From positions 62,001-126,000 of the forward strand of contig NMRA01000062.1 in assembly GCA_002633005.1 (NCBI GenBank): a DNA stretch of 64,000 nucleotides, written 5' to 3'. Positions within the stretch are counted from its first letter, which is position 1; each line of letters starts with the position of its first letter. The notes under the pieces were generated by a model that had not been told where the DNA came from, did no database searches, and worked only from the letters and a program-made list of their open reading frames with translations. Made by a program: the position numbers and the translations under genes. Of the stretch, positions 58,141 to 64,000 are shown in pieces. This DNA comes from Phoronis australis. Lineage: Eukaryota > Animalia > Phoronida.

Positions 58141-60284
58141 GGTTTTTAACTATATGTTAATGAAGCATAAAAATGGTCGCACGTGATCAGTGCAATGCGC
58201 CTACATTAGCAGCCTAAGACCGTCTGCAATTATTATTTAAAAATGTGCAGTAATTTGCAGAATACTTAGTAGGATCGGAAAATCTCAAACTAGCATTTTA
58301 ATTATATTGTTTTGTACCACATACATCTTGATACCACCGTGCAATAACCTCACAGTGGGAGCTCTTTTTTCAAAGCAGGAAGAAATATACAATGTATATA
58401 CAAAGTGTATACAATGTTGCTATACTCTCACTTGGTTGATGGCATTGTAAAAGTCTTGGTCTACACCAATTTTTTGTTAAAAATGCTCACTACAGAAGGC
58501 TGTTTTGTAAACTTAGATGTAAAAACCTTGGTCCATGCATTTTTTGTAAAAAAAATCTGTGTGTTTGGGGGGATTGCTGGGGGTGGGGGGGTTACATGTC
58601 ATAATTATGGATGCCCTGGAATATTGGGAACCCCATTTTGGACACCCTATTTTCGAAATCCTGGATAAAGGCCTGGACACCCATAAAAAAGTGAAGTTTA
58701 ACATATATTCACAACTTTTGTCACGAAAAGCTTGCAACGTGTGAAGCACACTGTAACGTATGACAGACACAAAGCGTATTCTTAAGATAAAGTAATGGTT
58801 AGTTATTGAGATTTTCTGGATAACTTAATGTTGCCAACCACATTTCTTAGTGTCTGCTTCTCTGTGTCCAGCCAAATCCACACAAATTACGCTCAGCCCG
58901 TATTGACTAAGAATGTGTCAATGAATTAGAAAAGTAAAAATGCTGGCCACTGCGCCACATTCGACTTAACAGAAAGGTAAAATATTGTCTTGTTAATCAA
59001 TTTTGGATGTGTTGAAATTAGAATGTGCAAAATTTCAGAGAGGTTACCATGCGCGATCTTGTGTATTTATGAGTTTTTGCCATTTGTAGCTCTGTTGTTT
59101 TGTCATTCATAAAATTATGTGAGACCCTACTGACAAAAATAACCAGCAGATAACTATGCCAAATGGAAATTTTAGAATTCAACTCCATAAAAAGTATTTA
59201 TATTCTGAATGAAGAAAGTTCATAGAATTTGAGTTTGACTTTTTGTGTTAGTAATACCACCATGATTTTTTATTAAAATTTAGCATAAAGTAATGCATTT
59301 ATCAATAACAGAACAATGGTATCTAAATCACTAAAGTTCATTTTATGTACTGTAAATGTTCACGATGAAATCTAAAAAATGTTGCTTAAATTTCCTACTT
59401 TATTTGTTCATTTTTGTTACGCAACAGTTGATTTTTTGTAAAAATTTCAAAAGTTCCATTTTAATAGACCCTCATTCCAAAGTAGACCATCTTTAAAAAC
59501 AATTTCTCACTACAGTTTGGAGAACATATCGGTACCACCAATGTACAATTGCTACTCAGTTATGTCAAAACAACATCCACTCTTAAGCCAGTAATCAAAA
59601 AACTAGACGTCAGCTAGTAAAAGCATGTATTTTCTCATGCATTAGTTTAGGATTACAATAGTTCAAACAATTAAAGCACAATATAAATCACTGTGTATAT
59701 ACAGCTATGCAATGACTTAGGTCTTTGTGCTCAAAGCAGTTCCATGCATACTTTTCTAACCAATCTATTGTATCTCAGTGGGTACCAAATTCATTGGGTT
59801 TTTTGCTCACGTGGATTTTAGGGGTAGTCTAAGGGTCTTTGGCATTAAGGGCCTTTCTTGAATTTTGAATGGTGGACATTCACCAGCACTACAGTCATAG
59901 GCTGCTTTTGCATTCGAGTTAGACTGGACTTGTTTGCAGTGGGAACATATTTTAGATTACCGTGACAACCTACATCATAAATTATCGCTTTTCCCACGTG
60001 ATCGAAGTAAGATTCCACAGTCCTAACATCGAAGATTCACCGTACTCTCGGACTATAAAAGGAGGTTTGTGGTCCGTGCCGCACTAAATGCGCTGGATCG
60101 CCAACTCGTTTCAAATACTTATCAGGGGTAAGATGGGTAGAAATAGTGTTGCAGAATTCACCACCTTACGCTGCTCCAGCCACATGGTCACCCTGTTGCC
60201 AAGACAACAACAGGATCTCTAAGTGACGAGGTCAACGGCAACAAGGTCAACCCAACTTGGTGCTTTTTTTAAACAAACTAAAAG

Positions 60285-60415
60285 TCATAATAGCGTGTTC
60301 CAACGATTCTGCTTCACAACGCCAAAAACAAAACAAATCAGAACCTGCAATATTTAGTTTACAAAGCAATGAATTAGTTATTAACACTCTATAAAAAAAT
60401 CTTACATTGAAACTA
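60285..60415 (-). mobile_element. LINE (L1/Tx1-like) ORF2 C-terminal zinc-finger remnant
   Basis: FFYRVLITNSLLCKLNIAGSDLFCFWRCEAESLEH resembles the zf-RVT-like pattern (hrIL.TN..L.K..i..sdlC.fC....Et.eHl). Confidence 0.55.
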
Positions 60416-63400
60416 TCTAAGGCAAGCATCCACAGTACATTTAAAGGGTAAACAGAGAATTTTTTACCTTTTGTTTTTGCCTATCTGATAACACTTGTAA
60501 GCGAATTTTACCTGACTGAATTGGAGATTTACCATTTTGACACATTTTATTATAAACATCTTTGCATCAAAATTGTTTGCATTCCTTCTTCGATGTCTTC
60601 TTCTATTTTCTGTTGCCGCGTGTTCAAACTTTGTGTTATTACCAGTCACAGGAACATTAAAATGAAATACAACTTCATGTTCTCTTTTCAGTGGAGCTAA
60701 TCTAGCACGACTTGCCCTATACAAACATGGTACAGCCATTAAGTACTTAATACTTCTTTAATGACCAGATTCATTAAGATACTATGCTCGTTACCGAATC
60801 GAGTCAAAACAGATCGTGGAGAACACTGAAATACACGACTTAATTAATGGCAGATTGGTATTAAGTCACTAATTCTACAGACTTTACTTTCAGAAAATAT
60901 ATACTTTTGCTGAACTAAACAATATAGACATGTCCTACATAAATTTAAACATTTTGACTGCAGCATTCAAGCCCCACAACACTATATCCCACAGGCAGTC
61001 CTATTTTGTGAACGTCAGTACCCAGTAGCTGATAGAGGTTGGTCAGAGCCTAAAGGCTCGGTGAGTATTGTTGCAGGAGACATTAACGCTCCCACGGCAA
61101 TCGGCAATCGTAATGAACTTGTCTGTCCTCAATAGTTTTGTGAAATAGTTTTACCTCTTTCATTTTGATGCAGAAAACGAGACCCAAAGGACAATTGCAT
61201 AACAATAAACCTGGATAACCACAACTAAGGGGAATACAAATTTATCACAGAAAGACAAGACATTCACTCCAATCTATTTTTGCTAAATTTTCAATTAATT
61301 AACAGATAATGAGGGTGCGACATACCTAGGACACCCAATAAGAAGTACGTAACACCCTTTAGTGTGTGGCTTGATGCCATACAGTCAATTAATTTTAAAC
61401 GTTGTCTGTAAATGTTTACAAAGACAGTAATCTGAAACTAACTTAGAAGAAATAGACAACAAGGAACTCGGATTTTCCAGATATCCTCAGAACCACAGGA
61501 TCATACACTTTACAAACTCTTCCATAACCAAACACCAAACGCAGTCTCCAAGTGTAGAGACCGCAGTCTCCAAGTGCAGATACCATCAAGTGATTACAAG
61601 TTTAAATACCCACACAGCCAGTAAATAACACAGATGTCAAACAGCAACAGTGTCGACAGCAAAAATAGTCAAGTGCAGTCAATTCTAGAGTACCTTAATT
61701 CATACAAGTTATGGTATACAATATGAGTAACATACCAGTGAATGGTTGTCAACAGCAAACCTACTTTTCAAGCAGGAAATTACAATTCCGGTTCAGGCAG
61801 CAGTCTGTGAGGCTATCAACTGTTTGACCTACTTTTGCTTGTTATGAGAGTCAATGGTTCTAAGGTCATAGGGATTCAAAATTCATTATGGCTGATTAGA
61901 CCACTCCTTATCTAGAACTCATGAATATTAATGTCTTTATGAAAGGAGGCTCCGAAGAGGGCACTCAATAGTTTTTCCTCATTTGTGCCTCCCAAGGCAC
62001 TGGTTAACTGAGGGAAAGCAGTTTATTTCTTTTCTGCAACAAAACCACAAAATACCAAACATATGCAGATACTGAGACATAAAGCTTCTCTACAGTCTAC
62101 GAATATGCATTCAAAGTGCGTTTTTTGCTTTTATGCAATAGCAAACCTAGCTGGTCATGCTAAAAATGAGCAAAAATACACAAAATTGGCAATTTTCAAA
62201 CCAAAACCATGACTCACATTTAACAACAGGGCACCAGAAGACAAGCACTCAGAATGCCTAAACATTCCAGATTCCAAAAAATGAGAAGACAATGGGTATC
62301 AAGCACACCGTTTTTTATTGACCTAAAAAGTCCAAGGGGAACCTGAATTTCCAGCCATACCTTGCCTTGCCCACAGGGAGTGATAGAATCCACAAACAGC
62401 TACGGTTGCAAGGAAAAAAGGTCATCAGGGCAACAAAATTCATTTTTCCAAAATAGGTTCAAGAAAACAAACAAATGCCATTGGGAGACACCTAACTTAC
62501 ACTAAATCTCAAAATGCCCACCCAAGCCAGTGGGCGACAATTTCTTATGAAGGGTGGGAAATTCGACTGTGGCTCAAAAAAATAAGCTATTGAGTACCAC
62601 TGAACATGAGGGATTGTTTACATTCCAAGACCTAGCACCAGGAAGTTCATGTGTTAAATTAGCCAATCAAAAGCAATTTGCTAATGTATATTTGCATGCA
62701 TAAACAGTATATGACCAGCATGCTTCTGGTGATTTGTTCTATTTGAAATGATAAGAAGTGTTCCAAGTAACTACAGACAAGGACTGTTGTGAAATGCACT
62801 GTCATGGTGTTGGTTAATGATTAGGGTTCGTCACTACTGGTATTGTGGTCTTTCTTACGTCCCTCATTTCTCATTTTTATTATAAAATAATAAATCCGTA
62901 AGCGCAAGCATGCATCTAAACAGGCAGCCAGCTACATAGTTTGTTTCGGGAGCTATAAATTGAGAATTTCATGTGAGACCCAACGCGACATTCATCATTC
63001 CCACATCTTTCATTACCAAATTAGTATTCGCACCTAACAGAATACCGTAACAGAAATCCGACAGAGAATAACATTGATCAGTCTAGTGTTCTTGAACGTG
63101 AATGGCGGGTCTGTTTATTAATCTTGAAATTCAATTCAATATTTCAATCAAGAGTTCAAATATACCAGGGCAAGGTAAGTAGAGTGGTGCTAGAGTTTCA
63201 ATACATCAGGTTTCCTTGCTGCAATGTTGGTGGGAGAGCAAGGTCTGATAACATAGAATAACAATACACTGTAATTCTTATATCACAATAGCCCCATTGC
63301 CACAACAAAAGCTAAAAAACTCGGTCAATAGACTAACTCCCTTTACCTCGGCCTATTCACAGATCCACCAAACACGTGGATCCCAAACAACCAATGAAAC

Positions 63401-63559
63401 TAGACCTGAGATTAGTTAGTAAATAGAGGCAAGACATTCCTGAAGGAAGCACGGGAGATCGACTGCTGTTACACTTGAAATAAATGACGGCTCCAGCAAT
63501 GTTATTGCATGTACAGAGTGCAACCCAGAGTTCACTTCCTCAATAAAGTTGTACAAGAA

Positions 63560-64000
63560 CACCTGAAGCGTGTTCAATAGAGTGAGCACCCGCGAGCGAT
63601 TTGAGCGCCCTCATCCTGAACAGCTGTGTTCACATTAGCGCTCGCGAGTGCTCGCGAACAACCTCGAGAGCATGTTCGCTTAGATTTCCAAGATGGCGTC
63701 CTGTGAAGGCTTCACGTCTGCAACATATGAACCCATTATGGTTCTGCAACACGAAAACTATAACCTCAAAAGTTGACCGACTCATCCGAAACTGCGACTT
63801 AAATTGCGGGTCGCTGTAGCGAGGAACAGTTTCCTCGACGTAATTTTCAATTCTTGTCGGGCCAAAGCCTTCACGGTTGTTGTCTTGGGCTGCCGATATT
63901 AATAATTATTGGCAAAGAATAATCACATTTATCGCTCAGTACGCCATAGGAAGGACTGTTAGTGTTAAGCTCATCGGCTAAGACGTTCAACACAATCTGC
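63560..64000. promoter_or_regulatory. CpG-rich promoter-like region
   Basis: CpG-dense; YY1-like CAAGATGGCG at 63689-63698; CTCGCGAG palindrome at ~63641. Confidence 0.4.

Noticed and set aside
63693-63776. ATGGCG-initiated ORF as a new gene start
   Set aside because: Stops after 27 codons with no clear donor; kept only as a promoter-like motif

Overview
Eukaryotic (invertebrate animal-type, AT-rich, GT-AG introns) genomic DNA; the organism cannot be fixed from the sequence alone. There are two convergent multi-exon genes. (1) On the + strand is the 3' part of a CLASP (CLIP-associating protein / orbit-MAST) gene: S/R-rich linker with SxIP motifs, TOG3 and the C-terminal CLIP-interacting domain, 20 core exons from 3321 to the stop at 22361, with an assembly N at 15826 hiding part of the CDS. 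(2) On the - strand is a ~1100-aa ankyrin-repeat protein of unrecognised family: 18-19 phase-consistent exons from ~54388 to the stop at 28305, 5' end unresolved. Introns carry a 4.3-kb TA-flanked non-autonomous TIR transposon, several MITEs, tRNA-derived SINEs, LINE 3' remnants and minisatellites. Nearly all entries in the ORF track are spurious or partial exons. I see no prokaryote-style novel system. The most interesting signals are a set of frame-preserving candidate cassette/micro-exons in CLASP (including 6-nt and 27-nt exons), a candidate internal promoter and first exon for a CLASP isoform lacking TOG1/TOG2, and repeated cases of tandem repeats seeded from 5' splice sites. Exon boundaries and family assignments were read by eye and compared with remembered homologues; no searches were run.
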